A DNA stretch of 64,000 nt from Eutreptiella sp. 'Long Island Sound 2002' (Eukaryota; Protista; Euglenida). The position numbers and the translations under genes are program-made. The notes under the pieces are model-generated. The model saw nothing but the letters and a program-made list of their open reading frames with translations. It was not told the DNA's origin and made no database searches. This document shows, one piece after another, positions 52,801-60,966 of this stretch. The stretch spans positions 180,296,001 through 180,360,000 of the forward strand of contig OZ038378.1 of the NCBI GenBank assembly GCA_964036045.1. Reading direction: 5' to 3'. How positions within the stretch are numbered: position 1 is the first letter of the stretch; the number at the start of each line of letters is the position of its first letter.

Positions 52801-55800
52801 TTTAGCAACGATCAGGCAATGACGGGATGCATCCCACAACCCCTTGTGCAGTTGTTTACAAGTTTTTACAGTTTTTTTTACAAGTTTTTTTTTACATTTT
52901 TTTACAAGTTTTTTTTACAGTTTTTTTACAGTTTTTTTTACAGTTTTTTTTTATACGTTTTTTACAATTTTTTACAAGGCCGTGGAATGGGCCGGTGACT
53001 TCGGTGCGGGAGACTTAGGAGGTCTGCAATTAGCAGGCCGCTCTACTTGTGGTGCACAGTGTGTACAGACTACAGGCCACATTGCCTGGGTGCACAGCCA
53101 CAGCCACAGTCACTGGCAAAGTTAAAGTCACAGGCAGCATGTGTATGTGATTTAATGCATGTATATATGTATGTATGTAAGGTATGCATTTTTGTATGTA
53201 TGTATGTGTGTACGTGTGTATGTATGCATGTGTGTGCCTTGCAATCGTGTGTATGCACGTGTGTGTGTGTGTATGTGGAGAGTTATGTTATACGCATGAG
53301 TACAATGTATACGCGTGTAGATATTATACGCGCGCGTATAATATATACGCGCGTATATTATACGCGCGCGTATATTGTACCGCATTTGCATATGTGTGTG
53401 TGTGTGTGTGTATGTACGTATGTGTCTATGTAGGTGTGTACATATGTATACGTGTATGTATATATGTATACAGGTATAATATATGCGCGTGTATATCTGT
53501 GATGTATAATATACACGTGCGTATATTATACGCGCACGTATACGTGCGTATACTGTGACGTATAATATAAGCGCGCGTATACATGCATATAGACCACCCT
53601 GGGGCAAACGGGCGAGGGCCGTTTGTGATCAATTCGCTGCAGATGGCGGATCTTCATGGCCTTTGCCACTTTTGCTGCCTGCAGGAGTCCACAGCAGAGG
53701 CAAAGGCGGCGGAGCAGACGGAGACGGCCGTCCAACCAGACGTCACCCTCATGGGCTACATCACGAACCTCGCCCTCGCCCGGGCGCAGACGTCCGCCTT
53801 CCGCGACAGCGACTGCCTCCAGTCGGACCCCCTGACGGTCGCGGTCCCGGACCTCTGCTTCACCTCCTGCTCCCTCCGCGCCTACCGCGACGAGTTCGGC
53901 CTCAATTTCTCCAACATCGCCCCGTCAGCCTTGGCCCCGCTGCCGGCCGGAGGCCGCGAGCTGGCGCATTGGGTGGTCGCGAACCGCGCGTGGCTGGACA
54001 GCGTGCAGGACCAGCTCCCGAGCATCGTGACGGTGGTGTCTGTGCGGCTCGGGGAGGTGTGCCACGCCGACGCCCCGAAGCACCACCTCAGCAGCGTGCT
54101 GTGGCGGACGTGGGTGCTGGACGCCGACACGATGTCCGAGGTGAAGCTCGCCACGGACGGGAACCACAGCATCGCGATGCCCATCCCATCGGACCCGGAA
54201 ACTCAGGACTGCATGATGAAGTCCGAATTGGTAGATTTCCAGGGAGTGGTGCGTGGAGGTGTGTGGCAGCTGCGTGCGGCACCTCCTCGCCCGGCAGAGG
54301 CTGCGCTCGCCCTGCACGGCCCCTGTTCGCCCCGCAGCCCCCTTGGGCGGGGGGCAGAGGGGGTTTCAGAAGCGGTTTCAGAAGTGGTTTCAGAAGCGGT
54401 TTCACAAGCGGTTTCAAAAGCGGTTTCAAAAGTGCTTTCCAGCGGATGGAAAAGCGGTCGGGAGGCAATCTCTGGCGAGATGACCATCGGGGGCGGACAG
54501 AAGCGCTTGGCAGGGCTCACTATCACCCCCAAAAGGGAAAGGGGTGGGGGCGTTACCCCCCCCTATTTCATGGCCTTGTGTGACATTCACGTTGCTGGTT
54601 GTGGTGAGTACCTCCCAGCCTGGGGTCTTCGTGATGACTGCATGCCGGGCACTGATCAGGCCGTCAGGGGAGGACGCCATGGGCAGAAGTTGCATTCTGG
54701 ATTCCCACCCAGGCAGGTGGATGCCCGCAGCAGTGCGGATGCCCGCAGAAGTATGGATGCCTGCTTGTCATAGCAGAAGGTTCAAGGGCGAGAGGCCAAT
54801 AGGCGCCGCCACAGGCTAACAGAGCCGACCACCAAGGCCTTGTGCCAAACCCCCCCCTATTTCAAGCGCAAATCCGCCGCTGCCGCACCGCACAGCCCTG
54901 CACCATTGCATAGCCGCGTGCCGGGTGCCCCCTCTTCATAGATACCCCACGCCCCTCTGCACCTTCGGGCCCCCCCCCCCGCCCCCCCCTTCCTCCGCAG
55001 TTCCTGTCCCTTGCACACACACCCCACTCCCCTTTCCACAGCCCCCCCCCCCCCCGCCCCTCGCTGCTTACATTCCCGGTGCACAGGCTACCGCAGTACG
55101 CCCCGGAGCACCCTCAGCGGGTACTGCCTGGTCAACCGGCTGGGCTGGGTCACGGTCACGGACCCCAACGTGTTCCCCGGCGCGCGCCTCGAAGACCTCC
55201 CGATTCTGCTGCTGTGGATGCTGCTGGGGGCACTGGGGTTGTTGAGCCTGTGCTGCTGCGGGCTCTTGTACCTGCTGTTCCGCACGCGCAAGAGCAAGAG
55301 TGCGCGCCACATCGAAGCGCCCCTGGACCCGCTCGCGTCACCCAAGCCAACGAAACCCGACCCCGACCTGCCTCCGACGCCGCCCGGTAAGGGCCTTGCG
55401 CCAGTGGACAGATACGCCCCGGGCGACTCTGATGACGAGGGCGCGGCCGCCCCCTCCGTCGCGAAGGCGTCAATGTCGCCCATGAGCACCTGGCGCAAGG
55501 TGATCGCCACGATCGAAAAGGATCGGAAACTTCGCCAGACCTTTGAGCTCCCGGTGACGGAGTCTGGGCGGAGGTTGTCGATGTGTCCATCAGCCGCGAC
55601 GCCGGAGGTGTTGAGTCGGACGAACTCCCTCCGAAGGAAAAGGTGTGCACGTGCCTGGGGGCATGCGGCTTGGCCGGGGGGCTGCGTGGGGTCGGGAATG
55701 CAGGGCTGGAGGGAAGGGTGATTTGTATGCGATCAACACGTGGTCGTTTGGCCCGGACGCACCGCGGGGCGGTGGCTGTCGAGCCCCGAGGGGGTTCATT

Positions 55801-58800
55801 TAGGAATCAACAACTCCGCACCACTTTTGGGGGGGGGGGAGGGGGGGGGGCGGGGTCCTCCCCCCCCCAACAGCCCCCCCCATTTCAACGATTGGGCCGA
55901 ATTTTCTTCCGTGCCTTCGGCCAATCAAAATTCTTTAGTTTATACCATCAATTTGCTTCCGTGCCTCCGGCACCTCTAGCCCCCCCCCCCCCCCCCGCCG
56001 CGCCTTTAAAAGGAGCCCTGGGGTTCCTTTAGGAATCCTTTGCTCTTCTTTGCCTGCCACGGGCATCCGCCAGGTCAGCTGTGATCAGAAGTGGCTGGAT
56101 CCCACGGAGTCGGACCCGGGACTCGGCTGGGTCACACTGACCACCGAGGGGGGCAGCCGGGCCCGGTCCTTGTGTGCGCACCCCCCACCAACCAAAACAC
56201 GTTCGGGCCCACAGAGGGTCAGAATGAGCAGTGGCGAGAGGCCAATAGGCGCCGCCAAAGGCAAACAATCAGATACCGAGGCCTTGTGCCACCCCCCCCC
56301 CCCCCCCTCCCGCAGGGGGGGGGAGCAGCGTTGAAGGAGAGCGGTCTGGGCGGTGTGACGGGCAGGACCATAGTTGGTCCCACTCGGGCCACGAAGCGGT
56401 CCGGAAAGTTGTTTTTGTCCCCCAGCAGTGAGGACGAAGGACCAACACGTATTCAAAGTTGTTGTGCCTGACCCCCCCACCCCCCACGGCCCCCTAACCC
56501 CCCCCCCCCCCAAAACAGCCCCCCCCAGTGGCCCAGATAGCTGGGGGGCGTTTCGCAGCGGGACCGGTTTCGACTGCCGCCCCCCTCCCCCCGTGCTACT
56601 GACTTTCGGGGGCGACAGGAGCGAGGGTTATGCAGTAGCACATGATGTGGGGCTGATTCCTGATAAAAGCCAGCTCCCCTGCCGGGCACTAGTGGCATGT
56701 CTTACCCTGACCCCCCCACTCCTCCACGTACCTTCCGCACCGTCGGGTTTGTTGCCGACCGCAGTCGCTGAGCCGCCACCGCCGTTGGTCAATCGCCAAC
56801 CGCCGTCGATTGGCAGCCCGTCCAGAAGGGATTGGGCTCTGAAGGACCCCCCTGTTGCTCCCTCCAATCGCAAGACCTCCCTACTGCATGGATGGCCTCA
56901 GGACTGTGTGGGCCGCAACACAGATGTAGAACACTGGGTGATCCGCAAACCCCTAGCCCTGTGTTACATCTCCCACGTGTGGTGGTGGTTAGCACCCTCC
57001 AAACTTCGCTGTCTCAGGAAACTGCTGTGAAGCAACCTACCGGCACTTTGGGGGGGGGCGCCAAGGAAGTGAAGCAGCACCTGTGAGATGAGGGATAACT
57101 GTCCCACGCTCACCTACCGATATTGCTTTTCCCATTGTTTTTGGGCAAACACTGTACACAGTTTCCTCCTGAAAACCCAAACCCGTGCTGCACCCGGAAG
57201 TACTGAGTGGTACACTGGACCTTCATGGCAAACCCCCCAAGTGCACCCAGCACTGACCACCGGAAGGTCTTTGTGTAGTTGTCGTTTGTGTGGCTGGGAC
57301 GTTCGCAGTGATTGCTTTGCAAAGTAGTCGGGATCAATGGGGAAAAGCTCCAAGCATATCAACATATTGTGTGCATTGCCGTGGCAGTCAATTTGGATTG
57401 TGCCCTGGTCACTGTGGATTGCGTTGCTGCGAGTGCACTGTGCAGGAAGGACTGAGGTATGACCAGGTGGCATGTCGGGCGGGGAATGGGCCAAGGAGAG
57501 TCGGGTGGTGGGGACCGGATCATGAGATGGAGCAGGCAGTGGGTCGGCCATTGAATCTGGACACCTCCCAAGGGAAGACGTCAGTCGGTAGGTCCTTCGG
57601 CGGATGTACATGCACTGGCATCTACCAGGCATCTGTGCCTACCATCTCTTCGCAGTGTATCCAAGGGTGACTGCAAACCTACCAATCCATTAGCGCCACG
57701 CCGCAGGAGCTCCGGGATGTCTTCCTTTGGGGAGCGCAGGAGCGCAGGGGAGAGGCCCCGGCGTAGAAGCTCTGCAGTGTCGTGGATGGATGGGTTGGAC
57801 AAGGAGCCGCCGGACTTTGACGTGGTTGACGAGGGCAGGCAGGCGAAGGAGCGGCCATCTGCAGATATCCCCTTATCCCCACCAACAAAACGGCGTGCAT
57901 CAGAAGTGGATTGGATGGGTCCTTTCGATAAGGATCCCGACGCGGAGCTCCTGGATGAACATGGACGGCCCATCACGGGCAGACCCGTGCGACCAGGTCT
58001 GAGTGCGTCATGATATGATACGATATTCCTTCTGTGCTTGGCATACGTGATGTAGTGCTCCTGATTTGTACTGCGTTGCATCAGTGCCTCAAAGTGAACA
58101 CATTCTACTGCCGTGTATTCCTGTGTGCTGATGATGTCGTGCCTGATAGTGTGTGCTGTCAATGCGCACTCCCAGCGTTACCACCGTGACCTGCTGTGCC
58201 CTGCTTCACACATTGTTGCGGTTCCCTGTTTTGCGATGCCCTCCAAGGACGTATGCGGATGAACTTGCATGTCGAACACCCAACCCATGCCAAGGGGGAG
58301 GAGCAGTGTTTTCAATAGGCGGTTGTCACCACAAGACATGTTCTCTCTGGGCGTGGCCCCAAGACGGAAGGGGTTTTTCTCATTTTCGGTGTGGCCCTGA
58401 TACGCCAGGGGACATGCAGCCACAATCCACACTGCCTTTAAGTGTGTCCCCGATGTGGCAGGTGCTCCTCCTGTCGCCCGGCCCCGTGAACGATGCTTTG
58501 GCTTGATGTCTTCGTGTGCCAGGTGCCCGTGGTGTGTCAGGCCCTTGTCTGTGGTTGTCAGTGGTTGAAGCCCCTGACTCCAGCCCCGAACAACGGCCTG
58601 CTAACAGTGTGAATTCATCATCATTTGCCCCATTTTGTTTTCACTCGTGGTGGATGGGGAACGGGTTTTGCCCCTGGGGCGCGCTGTTTGTACGCGATCA
58701 GTGTGGCGTGTCCATGGCACGTCTTTTGTGTCACCGGCCGTCCTGTTGTGCCCCCAGATAAGAGGCGCCCATCAGAAGTGGATTGGATGGATCGCGACAA

Positions 58801-60011
58801 AGACCCCACGGCCGCCACGCTGCTGGATNNNNNNNNNNNNNNNNNNNNNNNNNNNNNNNNNNNNNNNNNNNNNNNNNNNNNNNNNNNNNNNNNNNNNNNN
58901 NNNNNNNNNNNNNNNNNNNNNNNNNNNNNNNNNNNNNNNNNNNNNNNNNNNNNNNNNNNNNNNNNNNNNNNNNNNNNNNNNNNNNNNNNNNNNNNNNNNN
59001 NNNNNNNNNNNNNNNNNNNNNNNNNNNNAGGGACATCAGAATGATTCACACATTGATGGCTCTTGACAAAAATGAAATTAGCTTGCAAGTGAACCCCATC
59101 ACCACGAGGCCCACTTTCAAGGCTTTTTGGACTTCTGAGGGGCCAAAATGCCCCAAAATGGGTTCAAAATGGGCTCATTTCACCCGTTTGTGCACCCCAA
59201 ATGGTCTCGGATGAGGTTTGGAAAAATGCGTTTTTGACCCATTTTTGACCCATTTTTGGTCCCAAAACAGCCCATTTTCAAGGCATTTTGGGATTTTCGG
59301 AGGACCAAAATGGGCCACCACAAGCTCAAAACGGTCCAAAAACACTTGTTTTAGCGTCGCACATGGTCTAGGATCATTTTTGAGAAAAGTCATCTTTTTG
59401 CCCCTACTGGACCCTGTTAACCCATTTGGGCTCCCACCTGTTTGGGCTTGAGCTTGCAGCTTGCAGCCTAGTGGGCCTAGGTATGGGGGTCTAGGCGTCC
59501 GTTTGGGCAGTTCTGAGGGGTGGAAACCACAACAAGTGGGGGGTTGTGGGTGGAGAAGGTGCCCTCGGAATTGCATTTTGAGCCATATAGCCAAAGATAT
59601 GGCCTATTCCTGGTTTGTGGCTGTCGGCATTTGGAGCTTCCAGGGGCCTTTTTGGGCCGTTTCCGGGACATATCATGGAGTTAGAGGGCCGCAAAGAGCT
59701 CGTTGACACGGGGAAGTCAAGCGGCACGTGGAGTGTACCCACCGTTTCCCTTCGCTTGGCCGTTTTGAATGTGTTCCAGGGCTTTTTTGGCCCAAAAATG
59801 GCTGTTTTTGGCCCTAAACTGCAGATTTTGAAACTGAGGTCCGCCACTTGCGAATCCCGTTCCCGGCCGCCACCGTTGAGTTTCTTGCTCAAACTTTGTG
59901 TGATTGTACTTCACACCCATAGGTATCATCCACCAAAATTTCACCCGAATCGGAAGCACCACGACGGAGTTCTAATTTTTACCCATTTCGCGCGTGCTGC
60001 TTGCTTGCTTT

Positions 60012-60048
<37 letters not shown>

Positions 60049-60361
60049 GCTAAACCTGGTAGGTCCACCCTAGACACTAAAAAGGGTTATAAAACCAAGA
60101 CTGGTTCCACCAGCTCGGTGACCCTAACCCTAACCCTAATCCTACCCCTAACCCTAGCCCTAGCTCTCACCCATGAGGGAGGGCAAGGGGAGGTAACGGG
60201 AGCCTATGCCCCCCCCCCACTACCCCAAATTGCCCCACCTGGACCCCCCCCCCCAACCGACCCTCCCGACCCCCCCCCCATCGCCCCTCCCTGAACCCCC
60301 CCCCATCGCCCCTCCCTGAACCCCCCCCCCCCCATCGCCCCTCCCTGAACCCCCCCTCCAA

Positions 60362-60400
<39 letters not shown>

Positions 60401-60966
60401 GGGGCCTTCGGCCCACTTCTACTGGGGGGGGAGTCGCGTCTAAAAGCGAGGGGACGGCCCACCCGTGGGCTCGGCGTACGGGATGTAGTGCTCCTGAGCG
60501 AGGGACAGATTTGCCATGGGAGAAGTTGGCGGTTGTGCTGCATTGTTCCCTTCGCATTGTGCAGTTGCATGTTTCTCTTGAACGCACCGTGGCCCAAGAC
60601 CCCCCCCCTCCGGATTTTCGACAAATAGTCGAGGGGATGTCGCAGCGGAACAGGGTCTGGTCGCCTCCTCCCGTGGGCACCAAGGGCTGTCAATGCTCAT
60701 GTGGTGGTCCCTTGCCGGCGTTTTTGGCGCATGGGCTTTCCTGGAGTTTACCAATCAATGAATGCACCGGCGAGGGCTCTGCAATGGTGTGCCCGTGATG
60801 GATGCTCACCGCCTGTGCCACTGGTGTGCGCCGTTTGTTCACTCAGATGGTCCACCAAAGAGGCGCCCATCAGAAGTGGAATGGATGGATCGCGACAAAG
60901 ACCCCACGGCCGCCACGCTGCTGGATGAGGATGGACGGCCCATCACTGGAAGACCCGTGCGACCAG
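13720..60966 (+). CDS. Giant spliced type I membrane glycoprotein gene (EGF/CUB/mucin adhesin- or receptor-like), at least 16 exons, at least ~3,680 aa; 5' end and terminal exon not fixed
   Basis: Exons joined by GT-AG with consistent phases (13->14 and 14->15 included; the end of exon 15 is in the N gap). Domains split by introns reassemble correctly: CS|GNGEC EGF, YTTDG..CN|VGALYETPF, CUB ..DHR|DGFKMTLTY. Confidence 0.85.
14366..14542 (+). CDS. Host gene exon 2 (GNMGWLFP...QLQCS)
   Basis: ctctgcttcag| ... CAG|gtgtgt; phase 1 to 1; supplies the start of the EGF module completed by exon 3. Confidence 0.75.
15846..16063 (+). CDS. Host gene exon 3: EGF-like (CSGNGECVDGKCICDHGWSGTTC) plus start of CHB_HEX_C/Fn3-associated domain (CYTTDGTAP)
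   Basis: gcgtctcag| ... AAC|gtatgt; phase 1 to 0; EGF Cys spacing. Confidence 0.88.
18343..18519 (+). CDS. Host gene exon 4: rest of CHB_HEX_C/Fn3-associated domain (LYETPFLITKSTDISAVAC)
   Basis: tgttgcag| ... GAC|gtatgt; phase 0 to 0. Confidence 0.85.
20336..20622 (+). CDS. Host gene exon 5: CUB-like domain
   Basis: YSAYANCQYQF..VSMRFEEF..DNLTVY..LRLEFRSND; ggcag| ... AG|gtatgt; phase 0 to 2. Confidence 0.87.
22777..23579 (+). CDS. Host gene exon 6: CUB end, Myxococcus Cys-rich repeat, two EGF-like modules, start of Ser/Thr stalk
   Basis: [65 protein letters not shown]..WNC; ccccgcag| ... G|gtatgg; phase 2 to 1. Confidence 0.92.
24374..25290 (-). pseudogene. PhyH-like 2OG-Fe(II) dioxygenase with C-terminal C7H zinc finger (frameshift at a C/G homopolymer)
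   Basis: ORF 24651-25115: QSYHRD (HxD), VSVFAALD, LRRGDLFVLYSDLVHAGG (distal His). After the G run at ~24788-24801 it continues in ORF 24374-24805: WWRRVLF (candidate 2OG-binding Arg), then C-x4-C-x7-C-x2-C-x5-C-x2-H-x4-C-x2-C. Confidence 0.75.
25295..26574 (-). pseudogene. RAG1/Transib-like DDE transposase, decayed, lacking its C-terminal third
   Basis: 26365-26574 'RKPYFDLGPDQQRERL' (nonamer-binding-domain-like). 25424-26308: VCADA (first D), MTGDGKG (second D), CWSCD (CxxC), GDYAH..RLCN (DxxH). A frameshifted continuation reads LHTLWRKKAYP. Stops and frameshifts are present. Confidence 0.68.
26610..27640 (+). mobile_element. Internally deleted DNA transposon with multi-copy subterminal inverted repeats
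   Basis: Left motifs CTTTCTGATCA(A/G)GAACCCC(TTCTC) and TTGACTTCTCG (~26615-26760) are reverse complements of right motifs CGAGAAGTCA..GAGAAGGGGTTCCTGATCAGAAAG (~27540-27625). Exact termini and TSD unresolved. Confidence 0.65.
27081..27479 (+). pseudogene. C-terminal fragment of a second RAG1/Transib-like transposase
   Basis: WKATVWVHWTVCH-x19-ERRN: HxxxxH with Glu exactly 20 residues after the second His, then ExxN. This matches the RAG1 H937/H942/E962 spacing (FHKTLAH...NESGNK). Confidence 0.7.
28783..35030 (+). CDS. Host gene exon 7: 6,248-bp exon, Ser/Thr mucin-like stalk then Ig-like beta domain start
   Basis: Uninterrupted frame (ORF 28752-35036); catacag| ... AAG|gtatag; phase 1 to 0; ends in WNYTITN..INVS..IKPGAALTVTVQF with N-glycosylation sequons. 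Confidence 0.92.
29290..33010 (+). repeat. Coding tandem repeat, 534-bp (178-aa) unit: five near-identical full units, then diverged/partial units
   Basis: Equivalent positions recur at 29303, 29837, 30371, 30905, 31439 and 31973 (534-bp spacing), and again at 32963. Confidence 0.95.
33011..33800 (+). repeat. Coding tandem repeat, 198-bp (66-aa) unit, ~4 copies
   Basis: TTGCAGTGGAAGCATGAGCCCC recurs at 33209, 33407 and 33605. Confidence 0.93.
35430..35720. repeat. A-rich repeat cluster (TTACCGCAAAAAAAATTACACGAC motif, direct and inverted), related copy at ~41140-41290
   Basis: Motif recurs at ~35550, 35600, 35650 and 35700, inverted at ~35450-35520, and at ~41175-41275. Confidence 0.7.
36075..36965. 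repeat. Tandem satellite, ~185-190-bp unit, ~4.7 copies
   Basis: GCTTATGCAGTTTT recurs at 36266, 36458, 36643 and 36829. Confidence 0.9.
37080..39562 (+). pseudogene. GC-rich decayed long ORF (~800 codons), possibly a retroelement ORF1 (coiled coil plus RRM-like)
   Basis: Coding-like segments in shifting frames: ASLERQIASLEGVINTLCRKLAE (coiled coil), in-frame stops at 37889, 38892 and ~38940, SVRVRGYP..LRRYAQEVFG..VFDLEL (RRM-like), Pro-rich end. Sharp GC step at both ends. Confidence 0.4.
39735..39848. repeat. 51-bp tandem duplication containing GGGTTAGGG
   Basis: gggactc(g/t)caatccacgctttgttgcgtggccccttgagttggggtta, about 2.3 copies. Confidence 0.8.
39851..40517 (+). pseudogene. Ulp1/SENP-like cysteine protease C-terminal fragment followed by a SAP-like domain
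   Basis: QTDGWSCGF matches the Ulp1 Q-x-D-G-x-x-C-G catalytic Cys motif. 40311-40517 'LSKQLVAELRAAC..KPSDTKTDLI' matches the SAP pattern. The upstream His/Asp part is missing. Confidence 0.55.
40590..41000. repeat. ~200-bp tandem duplication with internal ~65-bp subrepeats
   Basis: TTATATTGGCC recurs at ~40592, 40790 and 40988; GCCATGGCCC recurs four times. Confidence 0.8.
42327..42364. repeat. (GT)n microsatellite (further GT tracts at ~42730, 43560, 43760-43835, 43975 and 44065)
   Basis: Direct inspection. Confidence 0.95.
44217..44636 (+). CDS. Host gene exon 8 (VQLTPHAF...NVHRA)
   Basis: cccctctgcag| ... GCG|gtacgt; phase 0 to 0; GC3-rich codons. Confidence 0.85.
45160..45241 (+). repeat. 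Dispersed short repeat ATGAGCAGTGGCGAGAGGCCAATAGGCGC...CCTTGTGCCA-polyC (copies at ~45160, ~54787, ~56224)
   Basis: Three similar copies in the same orientation. Confidence 0.85.
47212..47378 (+). CDS. Host gene exon 9 (CEVMTNMG...GWTHH)
   Basis: ctctcgcag| ... AG|gtccgc; phase 0 to 2. Confidence 0.75.
48123..49111. repeat. ~65-bp inverted repeat pair (48123-48187 / 49048-49111) flanking exon 10
   Basis: aaccagaaaggtggagcaggtggttgtggtggtggggg..caccat..gccaggcatgcgttt versus its near-perfect reverse complement. Confidence 0.9.
48339..48667 (+). CDS. Host gene exon 10 (STIYYSVWF...EDVGP)
   Basis: cttctttgctacag| ... CCAA|gtatgc; phase 2 to 1. Confidence 0.78.
50605..50981 (+). CDS. Host gene exon 11 (..LQPVFIDKVRG...FRALSL)
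   Basis: gtctcttgcag| (an alternative in-phase acceptor lies 15 nt downstream) ... CTG|gtatcc; phase 1 to 0. Confidence 0.75.
51120..51236. repeat. (CACAG/CACGG)n pentanucleotide repeat
   Basis: Direct inspection; a related (GTGCT)n tract lies at ~28620-28650. Confidence 0.85.
51520..51930. repeat. Alternating purine-pyrimidine palindromic tract (ATACGCGCGTAT-type); second tract at ~53140-53590
   Basis: Repeated TATACGCGCGCGTATA-like palindromes mixed with TA, CA and TG dinucleotides. Confidence 0.85.
51930..52555. repeat. 168-bp tandem repeat, ~3.6 copies, plus a partial copy at ~53030-53095
   Basis: GGGTGCACGGG at 51930, 52098, 52266 and 52453. Confidence 0.92.
52855..52977 (+). repeat. 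(Tn-ACAG / Tn-ACAAG) tandem array
   Basis: At least four TTTTT+ACAG units plus ACAAG variants. Confidence 0.88.
53685..54258 (+). CDS. Host gene exon 12 (ESTAEAK...FQGVVRG)
   Basis: tgcctgcag| ... GGAG|gtgtgt; phase 0 to 1; donor chosen by phase compatibility with exon 13. Confidence 0.75.
54360..54435. repeat. 12-bp minisatellite (GGTTTCAGAAGC), ~6 copies
   Basis: Direct inspection. Confidence 0.85.
55087..55642 (+). CDS. Host gene exon 13: transmembrane helix and juxtamembrane cytoplasmic region
   Basis: LPILLLWMLLGALGLLSLCCCGLLYLLF followed by RTRKSKSAR (positive-inside); gtgcacag| ... AG|gtgtgc; phase 1 to 2. Confidence 0.87.
57707..57996 (+). CDS. Host gene exon 14: cytoplasmic, first KRRxSEVDW module
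   Basis: acgccgcag| ... CCAG|gtctga; phase 2 to 1. Confidence 0.82.
58758..58828 (+). CDS. Host gene exon 15 (partial, runs into N gap): KRRPSEVDWMDRDKDPTAATLLD
   Basis: gtgcccccag|; phase 1; near-identical to exon 16. Confidence 0.75.
58829..59028. other. Assembly gap (200 N)
   Basis: Run of N seen directly. Confidence 1.
60121..60165. repeat. Degenerate interstitial telomere-like (CCCTAA)n
   Basis: accctaaccctaaccctaatcctacccctaaccctagccctag. Confidence 0.75.
60240..60400. repeat. C-rich tandem (CCCCCCCCATCGCCCCTCCCTGAA) repeat and poly-C run
   Basis: About 3 units plus a ~30-nt C run; G-quadruplex-prone on the minus strand. Confidence 0.8.
60847..60966 (+). CDS. Host gene exon 16: 120-bp symmetric (phase 1-1) repeat module
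   Basis: gttcactcag| DGPPKRRPSEVEWMDRDKDPTAATLLDEDGRPITGRPVRP G|gtccga. A candidate terminal exon 61279-61439 (ttttttcag|, phase 1) is unverified. Confidence 0.8.

Noticed and set aside
51560-53632. Tyr/Arg/Ile-rich ORFs such as MTYIIYARVY...
   Set aside because: They are translations of TA/CG alternating microsatellites.
54259-54773. Continuation of ORF 53583-54773 as coding sequence
   Set aside because: It contains a 12-bp minisatellite and repeat-derived sequence, and a phase-1 donor at 54259 joins correctly to the TM exon.
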